Shown here: piece after piece, positions 1 through 12,363 of the stretch | Layout of the letters: the number at the start of each line of letters is the position of its first letter | Numbering within the stretch: position 1 is the first letter of the stretch | Assembly: GCF_006345805.1 (NCBI RefSeq) | Contig: NC_042997.1 | Coordinates: forward strand, 136,524,001 to 136,588,000 | From: Octopus sinensis | Lineage: Eukaryota | Length of the DNA: 64,000 nt | Direction of reading: 5' to 3' | Notes under the pieces: generated by a model | The model's input: only the letters and a program-made list of their open reading frames with translations | Databases searched by the model: none | Told to the model about the DNA's origin: nothing | Program-made: the position numbers and the translations under genes

Positions 1-900
1 TTCCTTTTACCAGTATATAAGGGAGAACTGGAGAGGATATCTGGATGACTGTTTCTCCTTTGAAATGAGATTACTGATAAACGATTCGAATTTAAAATAC
101 TGATCAGTGGTATAAATACTAATATCCAATTCACAATGGAAATCAATAAAGAGAAACTTCCATTTCTTGATTCTTTAATGAAAAAAATGTCAATAACCAA
201 ATTGAAGCCGACGTCTATTATAAATCCACAGATTCGAAGCAATACATACTATTCAGCTCATACAACCCGAAACACATTAAAATAAATATCACTTTCAATT
301 TAGTGAAAAGGATTTATACAATAGTGTCTGATAAAAATACTCGGGACCTACGACATACTCGTCGAGAGAAATTATCCATTTTCACAAACAGATGATGGAA
401 TAAAACGTGCCAAGAGAATTGATATCCAAACACTAAGAGAAGTAAAACGAAATAACATACCCAATCTAAAAATCCTACCTTACATATCTACCAAGACCCT
501 AAGAACAATGAAGCGTATAATACTATTATTCAAAATTTACATACACTCACTAGGGACTATACGCTAGTTCAAATTTTCGGTATACTCAAGTTCATTGAAA
601 GCAAAAAACAACACAACCAAAATCACTGAAGAAATCACTGACAGGTACAACATTATACCCAGCAAAAACAGAACCAGAGTTAAACAATGCGGGCGACCTA
701 ACTGTGGGACATGTCCCAACCTACTGGAAGGTTCGAAGAGCAAAGATTCAAAATTAAGACTGAGTTTACTTAATGTACGTCATAACTTGTTCGGGATGTG
801 GACACAATTATATAGGGCAAGCAAGAATGTTTCACAGACGGAGGAAAATATGTATATATTTACAGAGAGAGAGAATAAAAGAGCATAAATTTGACATAGA
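1..900 (+). mobile_element. Penelope-like element remnant (RT C-terminal half plus GIY-YIG endonuclease), frameshifted, begins before the window
   Basis: WRGYLDDCF at 29-55; NIQFTMEINKEKLPFLD from 121; ADVYYKSTDSKQYILFSSYNPKHIK; linker CGRPNCGTCP; ITCSGCGHNYIGQ near 782-820 (GIY-YIG second motif). The motifs lie in different frames. Confidence 0.8.
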
Positions 901-1319
901 GTTCATAGTTTTATGTTCCACAACTGTTTTGGAACATCACTAAATAAACATCACTAAATATATATCTACATAATCATAATGCATAAATAATTAATTTAAA
1001 TTAATTCAGTTTGTTTACACAAATCATTAAATCTATTATGCTATGTATCACAATTGCTATTATATATTTAATGATGTCTCTCTTTATGAAACAGCTGTTG
1101 AACGCAAGTTGTGAACTCAATGCAGTATTTATACTTTTCTGCTTTTCTTCTAAATAGGTTTCTCTTAAAGTTCGTTTTAGCCGAATATATATATAAATAT
1201 GTATGTCGATACCTCTTGGATTTACTGTTAGGTAATAACATGTTGGAATTTAATGATCTGTTCTTAATTGAGCTCTTAAAATATCTATCTCACCTGGCTT
1301 GCACTTTGAAGAGGAGGTA

Positions 1320-1541
1320 TCTCACTCTCCCTCTCTCTCTCTCACTCGTTCCCTCTTACTCACTCACTCCCACTCACTCTCTCTCACTCATTCTCTCTCC
1401 CTCACTCTTTCTCACTCACTCTCACTCACTCGCTCTCTTAAACACACACACGTACATACACTCATACATTTATATATGTATGTATATATATATATATACA
1501 TATATATATACATATATATATATATATTTACATACAGATTT

Positions 1542-1584
<43 letters not shown>

Positions 1585-1652
1585 ATTATATATATATATA
1601 TATAATATATATATATATATAAATATATATATACATACATATACATACACAC

Positions 1653-1683
<31 letters not shown>

Positions 1684-1735
1684 TGTATGTATGTATGTAT
1701 GTATGTATGTATGTATGTATGCATGTATAAGTATG
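1320..1735. repeat. Compound microsatellite (CT/ACTC, TA, TATG)
   Basis: Directly visible; explains the YI/HT/SL ORFs here. Confidence 0.95.
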
Positions 1736-2257
1736 CATGAATGTTATATATAGGGTCATTATTTCTCCCCATAAATTTGCCATTTAATTTACATTCTGCC
1801 CAGTTAAGTTTCCCCGCTAACTTGACAATACATTTTCATTTATTATACTATTTCTCGCAAGTGCTTACACTTCTGTTACCCCTTTAATACCCCCACTGTT
1901 TCACAAACCATTATCGCACTGTTGTTGTTCAATAAAATATTGAGACTGTATATTGGTATTTAGTCATTTCTTTTTCTAGCTAATGTTCGGTGTTTTTAAT
2001 TTTTTTAAAGAAAACAACATTACCAAATATAGGCATAGAGATACGCATTGAGATACACATACACACAAAGAGACGGAAAAACAAACACACGCTTACACAA
2101 ACATAGATACACATTTACAGGCACATATATGCATAAATGTGTATATGCACCCATGTACATACATACACACATATGCATAGATATATATTTATATTTACAC
2201 TTATATACACTTCCGTGCATAAATACATACATCTATCAATATATGTTTTTTTTTGTT

Positions 2258-2463
2258 TTTTAATCGTTTCAGTCATTTGACTGCGACCATGCTGGAGCAC
2301 CGTCTTGAAGGAGTTTTATTGAAGCAAATAGGCCCCAGGACTTATTTTTAAAACCTAGTATTTATTCTATCGGTCTTTTGCCGAACCGCTAGAAAAGGGG
2401 ACATAAATATAACACCACAACAACAGTTGTCAAGCAGTGATGGGGGGGGACAAACATAGACAT
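2258..2463 (-). mobile_element. SINE family A, 3' half
   Basis: Reverse complement matches the 3' half of the copy at 3204-3555 (gtttgtccccc...gcaaaagaccgatagaata...gctccagcatggtcgcagtcaaatgactgaaac). Confidence 0.8.
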
Positions 2464-2510
2464 CTATCTATCTATTTCTATCTTTCTATCAGACACACAT
2501 AGATACATAC

Positions 2511-2547
<37 letters not shown>

Positions 2548-2548
<1 letters not shown>

Positions 2549-2970
2549 ATTTAAAGAGCTAAAAACCACTATGTGGTCAGCCATATGCTACAAGTAGATC
2601 ACCTACGATCAAACTACAAAGAAAAGAATGTTCCCTAGAGAAAAATTCAGCGGACACCAGAACAATATACGGGCAAGACAGATGAAAATTATATAAAAAA
2701 AAAACAAGAATTAATCGCAAACCGGCGGTTTCGCCTATTAACGAATCAATCACTTACGTAATCCTTCATCCGTAGGACTCGTCAGTACGATCGTTCCACA
2801 AGCAATATAGTTTGTAAAACTAACCCCCAGTTTTCCGTATAAAAACAGACACGTACTTAGTTCCACCGATTACATTGGGGTCAATTTCAAATGGCTGAGT
2901 TCTGGCGCGCTAAATTCCGGAAACTTCTAGCATATGGCTGACCACATAGTAGTTTTTAGCCCTTTAAATA
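2548..2970. mobile_element. 423-bp element with about 47-bp inverted ends carrying a hammerhead ribozyme
   Basis: 2548-2594 (tatttaaagagctaaaaaccactatgtggtcagccatatgctacaag) is the reverse complement of 2924-2970 with 3 mismatches. Confidence 0.8.
2713..2792 (-). ncRNA. Type I hammerhead ribozyme with extended stem II
   Basis: Minus strand: stem I GAUCGUA/UGCGAUU (7 bp incl. 2 G-U); core CUGACGA; stem II G(U)CCUA...UAGGC with long loop; GAAA; stem III AC-C/G-GU with GCC loop; GUU triplet; predicted cut between 2720 and 2719. Confidence 0.7.
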
Positions 2971-3203
2971 TACACATGTATTAGAATTTTCTCTGATTTT
3001 TCAGATTTTTGTATGCTAGGCTACTGGTTTTAAATTGATATTAATTAAATTAATATTCAATTTATCTCCCTCATTATTTAAATTATATATATATATCTTT
3101 CTATCAGAAACACGTAGATATATACATATATATATATATATCTTTTATTTCTTCTATATGTTTCAGCCCAAAGGCTGTGGCCATGCTAAAGAGCTGCCAC
3201 ATA

Positions 3204-3555
3204 GGCGTAGGAGTGGCTGTATGGTAAGTAGCTTGTTTAGGAACCACATGGTTCCGGGTTCAGTCCCACTGCGTGGCACCTTGGGCAAGAGTCTTCTACT
3301 ATAGCCCAGGGTCGACCAAAGCCTTGTGAGTTGATTTGGTAGACAGAAACTGAAAGATGCCTGCCGTATGTCTGTGTTTGTCTCCCCACCATCGCTTAGC
3401 AACCGACGTTGGTGTGTTTGCGTCCCCGTAAATTAGCGGTTCGGCAAAAGAGCCCGATAGAATAAGTACTAAGTCCTGGGGTCGATTTGTTCGACTGAAA
3501 GCAGTGCTCCAGCATAGCCGCAGTCAAATGACTAAAACAATAAAAAAGTAAAAGA
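3204..3555 (+). mobile_element. SINE family A, near full length (tRNA-derived head, CORE-like segment, CR1-type tail)
   Basis: A-box gtggctgtatggt, B-box ggttcagtccc, CORE-like gcaccttgggcaag, 3' gctccagcatagccgcagtcaaatgact and A-rich tail; multiple homologues in the window. Confidence 0.85.
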
Positions 3556-3605
3556 ATATATATATATGTATATATATGTATATTCTTTTACTTTTTTATA
3601 TGTAT

Positions 3606-3722
<117 letters not shown>

Positions 3723-4415
3723 GTGTATATATATATACATACATATATACATATAGAGATTAAAATAAGAGAAATAAAATATGAAATAGAATGGTGAAAA
3801 ATAAAAAATGAGCACCCATTATCCGGCGTACGTGACTTATGCCTCGAGGAAGCTTTGCGCGTTCTTTTAAGTAACGAAAGCTTGGTAAACAAGCACTCTG
3901 AGAAAATCTCAAGATATTGTCACCGCGACAAATTTGCATTTTCCAGATACAACACAGTAGAAGAAGAAGAATTCAGTGAACTCTCTCCTTCTCCCCTTCC
4001 CCCAATCCATGTGTGCATGGGTCTGGTTGTATTTCTACATGTACGTGTGCGTGATTGTCCGCGTGTCTAATATGCATGGGTGTATGTATCTACGAATATA
4101 TAAGCACATACACATGCATCTATGTATGTATATGCGTGCGGATATACATACACAGATGCGTGTGCATGTATACATATATTCGTAGATACATCCATATTAG
4201 ACACGCGTGCGTATATATGTACATATATGTACATATATGCGTGCGTATATATGTACATATATTTGTATATGTGAGTGCGCATACATATTCGTATGTGTGA
4301 GTGTGTGTGTGTGTGAGTGTGTGTGTGTGTGTGTGTGTGAGTATATATGTTTGTGTGCGTGTATATACGTGCGCACGCGTGTGTATGTGTTCAAGCGTTA
4401 GTATGTATATGGATG

Positions 4416-5422
4416 TGTAGCGTACACTCGAGTGAAATTCCTCTCGTCTTTATTATATATACATACGAACGTAGCAGGTAACAGCTAGCCTTTGGCCGCA
4501 TTTTGGACCCCCGTTGTGTCCACTGCTCTGATTGGTTGGTATTAGCGCAATTTGTCACTTACTCTATCGCGCCAATATGCAGCGTATAATCAATCGATGC
4601 GCCTAAACAAGGTCATGTTTGACAGCCTTTTCTCAACTCAGTTTTGAGCATACAACTTATAAAATCCCAGCTTCTCGTCGTCTCGATATCTTTCGCTTCC
4701 AGACCTTTTAAGGTCTAGCCACTGACCACACAAGACACAGTCAGTTCCAGTGACAACACAACAGCAGCCACGTTGAGACTCACCAACTTCGTCCAACAGC
4801 ATTCGGCAACCGCCGCCTCCGTCGCCACCATCGTCCTAACGTCAACATCTCTCTACGTACACAACTCAACAAGCAACTCGCCCTGGTTACAACACTGCAC
4901 TGTTCGTGAATTACTTCACCGTGGATCAGCAGCGAATATACAACCTGCGAGAACTCCTGTACTAGGTAACCCAAGCAGCGGCATTACAGCCACAACTTCG
5001 TACGACACGCATCACTCTGGCTCTGCATCATCACCGCAACTTCTGGATACAGTATTTCAACTATCGTGTATAATTGACTACAAACTGGTATTTATCATTC
5101 TTGTGTCTATGAACTTGCTCCTCACTTCGATGGCTATAGACTCTTTCACCGTCTCTTCTTCATCGCCACCTTTATATTTTCTTAACACGCATACGTATAT
5201 GCCTACATACACACGCATACATTTTATTCTTATGACGGCTTGTCTATTATTCTGTATACACGACGCACACGCACACACAGTCATACATGTTAACATATCA
5301 ATAAATCATTCTCTTTTTCCCCCCTGGCACATATATGCATTATTCTATTTATATTTCACTGCATCGACCGTGTGATGTACAAAGAAACCATTCTCATCAT
5401 CTCGCTTCGCACGGGTGTTACA
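4416..5422 (+). mobile_element. Possible solo LTR
   Basis: TGTAG...TTACA termini, CCAAT-like boxes, TATAAAA near 4658, AATAAA near 5301, followed by aattggtg. No target-site duplication or partner LTR seen. Confidence 0.25.
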
Positions 5423-6189
5423 AATTGGTGCCACTTTCCAGCTCCTTGAAACTACAAAAATAATTATAATGGGAGAAGGAGATACTCCACAATTATCATA
5501 AACCTTCCATTCCATTATAGATGTATATGCGAACGACCATGTATGTGTAAGTACGGGCCGATTCTTAAAGGTCAGCTAAGGGCAATCGCATGTTTAAGCA
5601 ACCATGAAAAACAAATCAACACTACAAAGAAATCATATGCCACTCCCTTTAAAACAGCAATCACTTTAACAGAAGCAGAATCACCATCCACCTACATCTA
5701 CAAATTCAAAGCAGTTTTCCAACGGTCCTTCGGCAACAGCACACCTTGATAAACAATCGGTAGCTACTACTAACTTCAGGCCACCACAGACAGAGAAGAT
5801 GTTCTCTAAGCCGAGAATTTGAACTTACGGAGACAATATCTACATATCACCTGAGGCAACACAACTAGATCTCATAATACAGGGAAACGTTTGCATAATC
5901 AAGTACCTGCACGCCTGGAGATCTACGTTGCGTAGAAACAATTCTAGTGATTGAGAATAAATGTCCAACCGTACTCCTTGTTGACTCCAATTTTTTCAAT
6001 TCTGTGTGTGTGTGTGTGTGTGTATAAATGGAGTTAAACGCAGGTGTTATTCAAATCTTTATACTTCCGACATATGTTTCGAAGAAAACATTGGTATTAT
6101 TCCAGAAGGAATAAAATGATGTAAAACAATGCAATCTCGGCAGGAGAAAAAAAAGAAGCAAAACGCATCAATAAGACAGTTTAAACGAA

Positions 6190-6470
<281 letters not shown>

Positions 6471-6589
6471 TATGTGTCGGTTCAAACACATTTCATGTAA
6501 ATCTCTACACGTGTATACAGATGCAAAAATATTTGTTTTTCTTTATATTTACTGGGCCAGGAGGAAGGGACCGGCTCATAACCTTTGAG

Positions 6590-7430
6590 ACCCTTCACAA
6601 CTGGCTAAATTAAGGCTGTTGATTTTTCATTGTAACTGTTGCGGTTAAAACATCAGCAGGAAAGACATGACTGTAGATGAAGTTCCCGAAGACCGATATC
6701 CTGGTGGAGAAACAATAGCTAATAAGGAGTTAGTGAGGATTAGACGCACCAAAGATGACGACAGATGGAGAGATTTGTGGGATGGGAGTACCAGAGTGGT
6801 GGAAGTATGGGATCAGCTTACTCTGGGGTCATTATAGTCGCAATAGAAAACTCAAAGAGAGGAGTTGGCTGCTTGTGAGCCAGAAGTCGGGGTGTGTATA
6901 ATGGTGATAGAATACCAGTCAGCCCACATGTAATTCTATGTATACGTCGAATGTGTGAACTGACACCAACATACCAATTATGAGAGAAATCTTTCAATTT
7001 TACCTCACTTATAGAGAATCAGTATCTAATAAGGCTGAAATATTTTCTGGCCCTAAAGAGAAATGCTAATCTTAGAGATGCAGCACAAGCTATGCTAAGA
7101 CTGTGCTTTCACAAAGAGAGATCCTCAGTGATAGTAAGGCACAGCATTTGGAACAAGTGTGAAAGTTCTAGTTGAGTGATGTCCCTAATACTTGTGCTTT
7201 TTTGTTGTTAAAAAGATAAAGTTAGCATGACCCCACTGGAGAAAACACTCAGTATTTGTGTGAAGAATCATTGCGCGTTTGGCATATAGTATCTATGTTG
7301 CGTGTGAATGATGCATGGTTAGCGAACGTTCAGAAGAAATGGAGGGTCGTGCTGTTGGATGTGGCACCAAATAGGTCATTTACGTATAGAAAGAAGAGGG
7401 CGGGAAAATGAACAGAAGGTGGGATTTTTC
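6590..7430 (-). mobile_element. Decayed CR1/L2-group (Crack/Daphne-like) LINE, RT C-terminal region
   Basis: Minus-strand QMLCLTITEDLSL*KHSLSIACAASLRLAFLFRARKYFS at about 7030-7150, with in-frame stops; the downstream remnant resembles the LWNxLP...FK C-terminal segment. Confidence 0.6.
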
Positions 7431-7553
7431 CACTTGTTTCGCTCACTAGACTCCATATATGCTGGGACACTGCCCTGAAGGGTTTAGTCAAACAAACCAA
7501 CACCAATACTTACTGCTTTCTAAACCTGGTACTTGTGTGTGTATGTATGTATG

Positions 7554-7643
<90 letters not shown>

Positions 7644-7644
<1 letters not shown>

Positions 7645-7879
7645 TGATTGATTGATTGATTGATTCTAGTTTCAGCTCACGAGCTGTGGCCATGCTGGGG
7701 CACCGCCATTTGGTGTTACTACATGGTTTTACTTCACGAATGCTTTTTAGCAACTGCCATTTGGTGCATGAGAGAGTTCGATGCAGCTCCCCTCATCTGC
7801 ACCTCCTGCCGTGAAGTTGGTTCATCTGGGATACCTGACAAGAAGAGATCCAGTTTCATTTTAAAGACACCTGCATCCA

Positions 7880-7882
<3 letters not shown>
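7644..7882 (-). mobile_element. CR1-like LINE 3' end with (AATC)n tail
   Basis: Homologous to 12519-12790; ends ggcggtgccccagcatggccacagctcgtgagctgaaactag followed by aatc repeats. Confidence 0.75.
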
Positions 7883-7960
<78 letters not shown>

Positions 7961-8108
7961 CGACGGACTGCTTTCAATTTCCGTCTACCAAATCCGTTGA
8001 CAAGACCCAGGCCGGCCCAAGACTATAGTATAAGACAACTTCCCAAATTGCCACGCAGTCGGCCCATGTGATTGGAAAGCAAACTTCTTATCACACAGTC
8101 ACGCCTGC
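7961..8108 (-). mobile_element. SINE family A, 5' half
   Basis: Reverse complement matches the head and body of 3204-3370. Confidence 0.7.
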
Positions 8109-8132
8109 GTATATACGTGTGTATATGTATAT

Positions 8133-8204
<72 letters not shown>

Positions 8205-8893
8205 AGTCGTCTAAGAATACATAAGTCAGAAAAAATTAAAATATTTGACAAAACTAGGTATAATAATCAAAATATTCAGTATTTCAGATCCATTTCAGCC
8301 GATCATATCAATTGGTTACGCACTGAGTATTAGATTACTGGATTAATATCACAATTAAGTAACATCACGTGCTCTTCAGAGATAGCAGGTAGGGAAAAAA
8401 TATGGCTTCTACTCTTTGTTATCGGAGGTCATCCGGTTATGGCTGCTATGAGAAATTAAGTCGCAGAAGGTAATGTGGAAGGGATTTATCAAGAGTTATG
8501 GCTCTTAGCCCAAAGTATCTGAGATGCTGTAAGAGTGTCGAGATGTATGCAGTGGGGTTTGGGGTTTTGTATGTTTATGGCTTTGAGGTGATGGTGTTGG
8601 GCAGGTGCCTGAACCTTTAAGGTCATGTGTAGGCGCATATGTGTTTGTATGTTCATTTGTTAATGTTTTGGTTAAATTCATCACTGGGTTCTCAGGACGT
8701 GATGGTAAGAGAACCGAAGGTGAAGAACCTGATGATTATAGTCATGGTTTCGTAGGTAAGATAATACATACCTTCTCTCATGGGGATAATGACTAAAAGG
8801 CTCAAACTTGCATTTTAGGTAGGTGTCTCGGTACATATATACATATTTATAAATGTATATATGTACGTATACTTATACATCTATGTATGTATT

Positions 8894-8928
<35 letters not shown>

Positions 8929-9221
8929 CCCTCTCCTTAACAAGATTTCAGAACACTCCCCAAATTGCATGCATAAGAATTATGCAAACTACAAGAACTA
9001 TAGACCTACCCGGCAACCAGATTGATGACACCCCACCCACAAACCCCCCCAATCCCACCGTTCCCCTAGCACCCCCGACTACCTTTTCTCCTAAGACCTT
9101 TCACATATTGTATGTGCACGCTTGTATATGTGTATCGTATATATGTATAGAAATGTATGGGTACAATAGGAATATACGCATGTATTATGTGTGTGTGTGT
9201 GTGTATGTATGTAAAAAAAAA

Positions 9222-9253
<32 letters not shown>

Positions 9254-9347
9254 GTATATGTATATATGTATATATGTGTGTACGCATATGTATGTGTATA
9301 TGTATGTGTGTATGTATGTGTATGTATATATAAACTTTTATATAATT

Positions 9348-9543
9348 AGGGCTTAGTAAAATAAATTACTTTACCACATACTGAATTTTCTAGAAATAGC
9401 AGCCAAATAAGTTTTTTAGCCTTTTCCACTACTTAAAGAAACTTTTCTCTCAGACAATGTTTGCTCAAAAAAATAATGGTCCTTTTACATACTGAATACT
9501 TGGTGAAATTGATTAATAACTAATTAACTTTACCCTCAATTGT

Positions 9544-9546
<3 letters not shown>
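9348..9546. mobile_element. Short diverged relative of the 556-bp-unit element, with the same two termini
   Basis: Starts agggcttagtaaaataaattac and ends ccctcaattgttga before (TA)n, like 9588-11174; the two halves come from opposite orientations of the unit. Confidence 0.75.
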
Positions 9547-9587
<41 letters not shown>

Positions 9588-9764
9588 AGGGCTTAGTAAA
9601 ATAAATTACTTTGCCACATACTGAACTCATTAGAAATAGCAGCTAAAGAAATTTCTTCAGCTATTTCTAATACTTAAAGAAGATCTCTCTCAGATAGTGT
9701 TTGCCTAAACCAACTCACAAAGGTATGGGGGAAAAACATTAAAAAATCAAGTGCAAAGGTTATT

Positions 9765-9816
9765 TGAGAACGTACGTTTCTAGATTAGTCAATTCGACAT
9801 TTCTTTCGTCAGCTCA
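9765..9816 (-). ncRNA. Type I hammerhead ribozyme (copy 1 of 3)
   Basis: Reverse complement of 10280-10331. Confidence 0.6.
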
Positions 9817-10279
9817 GAATTCCTTGAATCGGATTTGGGAACACTGAAAGTTGGGAGCATGCCCTTTCGGCTTCTTATCACTTCTAGAATTCTGCTCGAA
9901 CTAAAAGTGCTACCAAATTCGAATATGCAAGCGAAGAATTTCTGCTCTCCCCTTTCCACCAGCGTGGGTTAAAATTGACAAACACCATGTATTAACGGTG
10001 AAAACCGCAGCATTTAACAGAGCGAGATGAATTATAATTTCAACAATTGAGGGTAAAATTAATTAATCATTAATCAATTTCACCAAGTATTCAGTATGTA
10101 AAGGGACCATTTTAGGCGAATTCAAAATATTACATTATATATAAGGGCTTAGTAAAATTCTTCGCTTGCATATTCGAATTTGGTAGCACTTTTAGTTCGA
10201 GCAGAATTCTAGAAGTGATAAGAAGCCGAAAGGGTATGCTCCCAACTTTCAGTGTTCCCAAATCCGATTCAAGGAATTC

Positions 10280-10331
10280 TGAGCTGACGAAAGAAATGTC
10301 GAATTGACTAATCTAGAAACGTACGTTCTCA
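10280..10331 (+). ncRNA. Type I hammerhead ribozyme (copy 2 of 3)
   Basis: UGAG-CUGACGA-(stem II A.A, AGA/UCU, inner GUC/GAC hairpin)-GAAAC-GUAC-GU-U-CUCA. Stem I UGAG/CUCA, palindromic stem III ACGUACGU, GUU triplet, non-canonical A.A at 10.1/11.1. Confidence 0.6.
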
Positions 10332-10835
10332 AATAACCTTTGCACTTGATTTTTTAATGTTTTTCCCCCATACCTTTGTGAGGTGGTTTAGGCAAACACT
10401 ATCTGAGAGAGATCTTCTTTAAGTATTAGAAATAGCTGAAGAAATTTCTTTAGCTGCTATTTCTAATGAGTTCAGTATGTGGCAAAGTAATTTATTTTAC
10501 TAAGCCCTTATATATAATGTAATATTTTGAATTCGCCTAAAATGGTCCCTTTACATACTGAATACTTGGTGAAATTGATTAATGATTAATTAATTTTACC
10601 CTCAATTGTTGAAATTATAATTCATCTCGCTCTGTTAAATGCTGCGGTTTTCACCGTTAATATATGGTGTTTGTCAATTTTAACCCACGCTGGTGGAAAG
10701 GGGAGAGCAGAAATTCTTCGCTTGCATATTCGAATTTGGTAGCACTTTTAGTTCGAGCAGAATTCTAGAAGTGATAAGAAGCCGAAAGGGCATGCTCCCA
10801 ACTTTCAGTGTTCCCAAATCCGATTCAAGGAATTC

Positions 10836-10887
10836 TGAGCTGACGAAAGAAATGTCGAATTGACTAATCTAGAAACGTACGTTCTCA
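10836..10887 (+). ncRNA. Type I hammerhead ribozyme (copy 3 of 3)
   Basis: Identical to 10280-10331, 556 bp downstream. Confidence 0.6.
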
Positions 10888-11171
10888 AATAACCTTTGCA
10901 CTTGATTTTTTAATGTTTTTCCCCCATACCTTTGTGAGTTGGTTTAGGCAAACACTATCTGAGAGAGATCTTCTTTAAGTATTAGAAATAGCTGAAGAAA
11001 TTTCTTTAGCTGCTATTTCTAATGAGTTCAGTATGTGGCAAAGTAATTTATTTTACTAAGCCCTTATATATAATGTAATATTTTGAATTCGCCTAAAATG
11101 GTCCCTTTACATACTGAATACTTGGTGAAATTGATTAATAATTAATTAATTTTACCCTCAATTGTTGAAAT

Positions 11172-11174
<3 letters not shown>

Positions 11175-11230
<56 letters not shown>

Positions 11231-11283
11231 ATGTATGTGTATGTGTGTGTGTGTATATATATATGTATATATGTGCGTGTGTG

Positions 11284-11315
<32 letters not shown>

Positions 11316-11381
11316 ATATTTATTTATATATATGTATGTATATATATATTATGTATATGTGTGTATATGTATGTGTATGTG

Positions 11382-11425
<44 letters not shown>

Positions 11426-11971
11426 TAGTGTACGCGAGTATGTCGATGTATATGTAGGTATGTAGAGTTATGTGTATGTGCATGTATGTGTGTGTATATA
11501 CAGATTGTAGATGGGTATATATGTGTGTGTGTATGTGTGCACATGTATATGTGTATATATATGTGTGTGTATATATATATATATATATGTGTGTGTATAT
11601 ATATATATATATGTATATGTGGGTATGTAGAGTTATACGTATGTGCATGTGTATATGTATATGTGTATGTATATGTATATGTATGTGTATGTGTATGTAT
11701 GTACATATATGTGTGTGTGTATGTGTGTATATCTATGTATATATGTATATATATATGTGTGTATGTGTAGGTGTGGGTATATATATATATATGTGTGGTG
11801 TATGTATATATATATGTATGTGTGTGTATGTATATATGTGTGTGTATTTATATATGTGTGTGTATATATATGTATATATAATATATATATATATATAGAT
11901 ATAGATATATATATATGTGAATATGTGTGTGTATGTGTACATGTGTGTATGTGTATGTGTGTATGTATATG

Positions 11972-12026
<55 letters not shown>

Positions 12027-12363
12027 ATGTATATGCATGTATATGTGTATGTGCGTGTATGTGTATATGTGTATGTATGTGTGTGTGTATATATGTATAT
12101 GTATGTATGTGTATGTATGTGTATATATTATATATATATATATGTATGTATGTATATGTATATGTGTATGTATTTGTATGTGTATGCATGCGCGTATATA
12201 TATGTATGTATATGTATACGTGTGGGTGTGTGTATGTGTGTATATATGTATGTATGTATGGGTGTATGTATGTATGTATGCGGATGTGTGTATATATATA
12301 TGTATATGTATATATATGTATATATGTGTATATATATATGTATATGTATATATATGTATATAT
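11175..12363. repeat. About 1.2-kb degenerate (TA)/(TG) low-complexity tract
   Basis: Directly visible; source of the 304-aa and 200-aa spurious ORFs. Confidence 0.95.

Larger units (their letters stand above)
9588..11174. mobile_element. Tandem/inverted array of a 556-bp hammerhead-bearing unit (PLE pseudo-LTR or retrozyme-like)
   Basis: One unit plus the start of the next at 9588-10157, then an inversion at about 10155 and about 1.8 units in the opposite orientation; ttcttcgc at 10158 and 10714 gives period 556; only a few substitutions between copies; flanked by (TA)n. Confidence 0.85.

Noticed and set aside
4773-5375. 200-aa ORF
   Set aside because: It has a non-ATG start and no recognisable motif, and it runs through low-complexity, LTR-like sequence.
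7105-7135. Minus-strand CTGAGGA...GAAAG
   Set aside because: It lies inside LINE coding sequence and stems I and III do not form.
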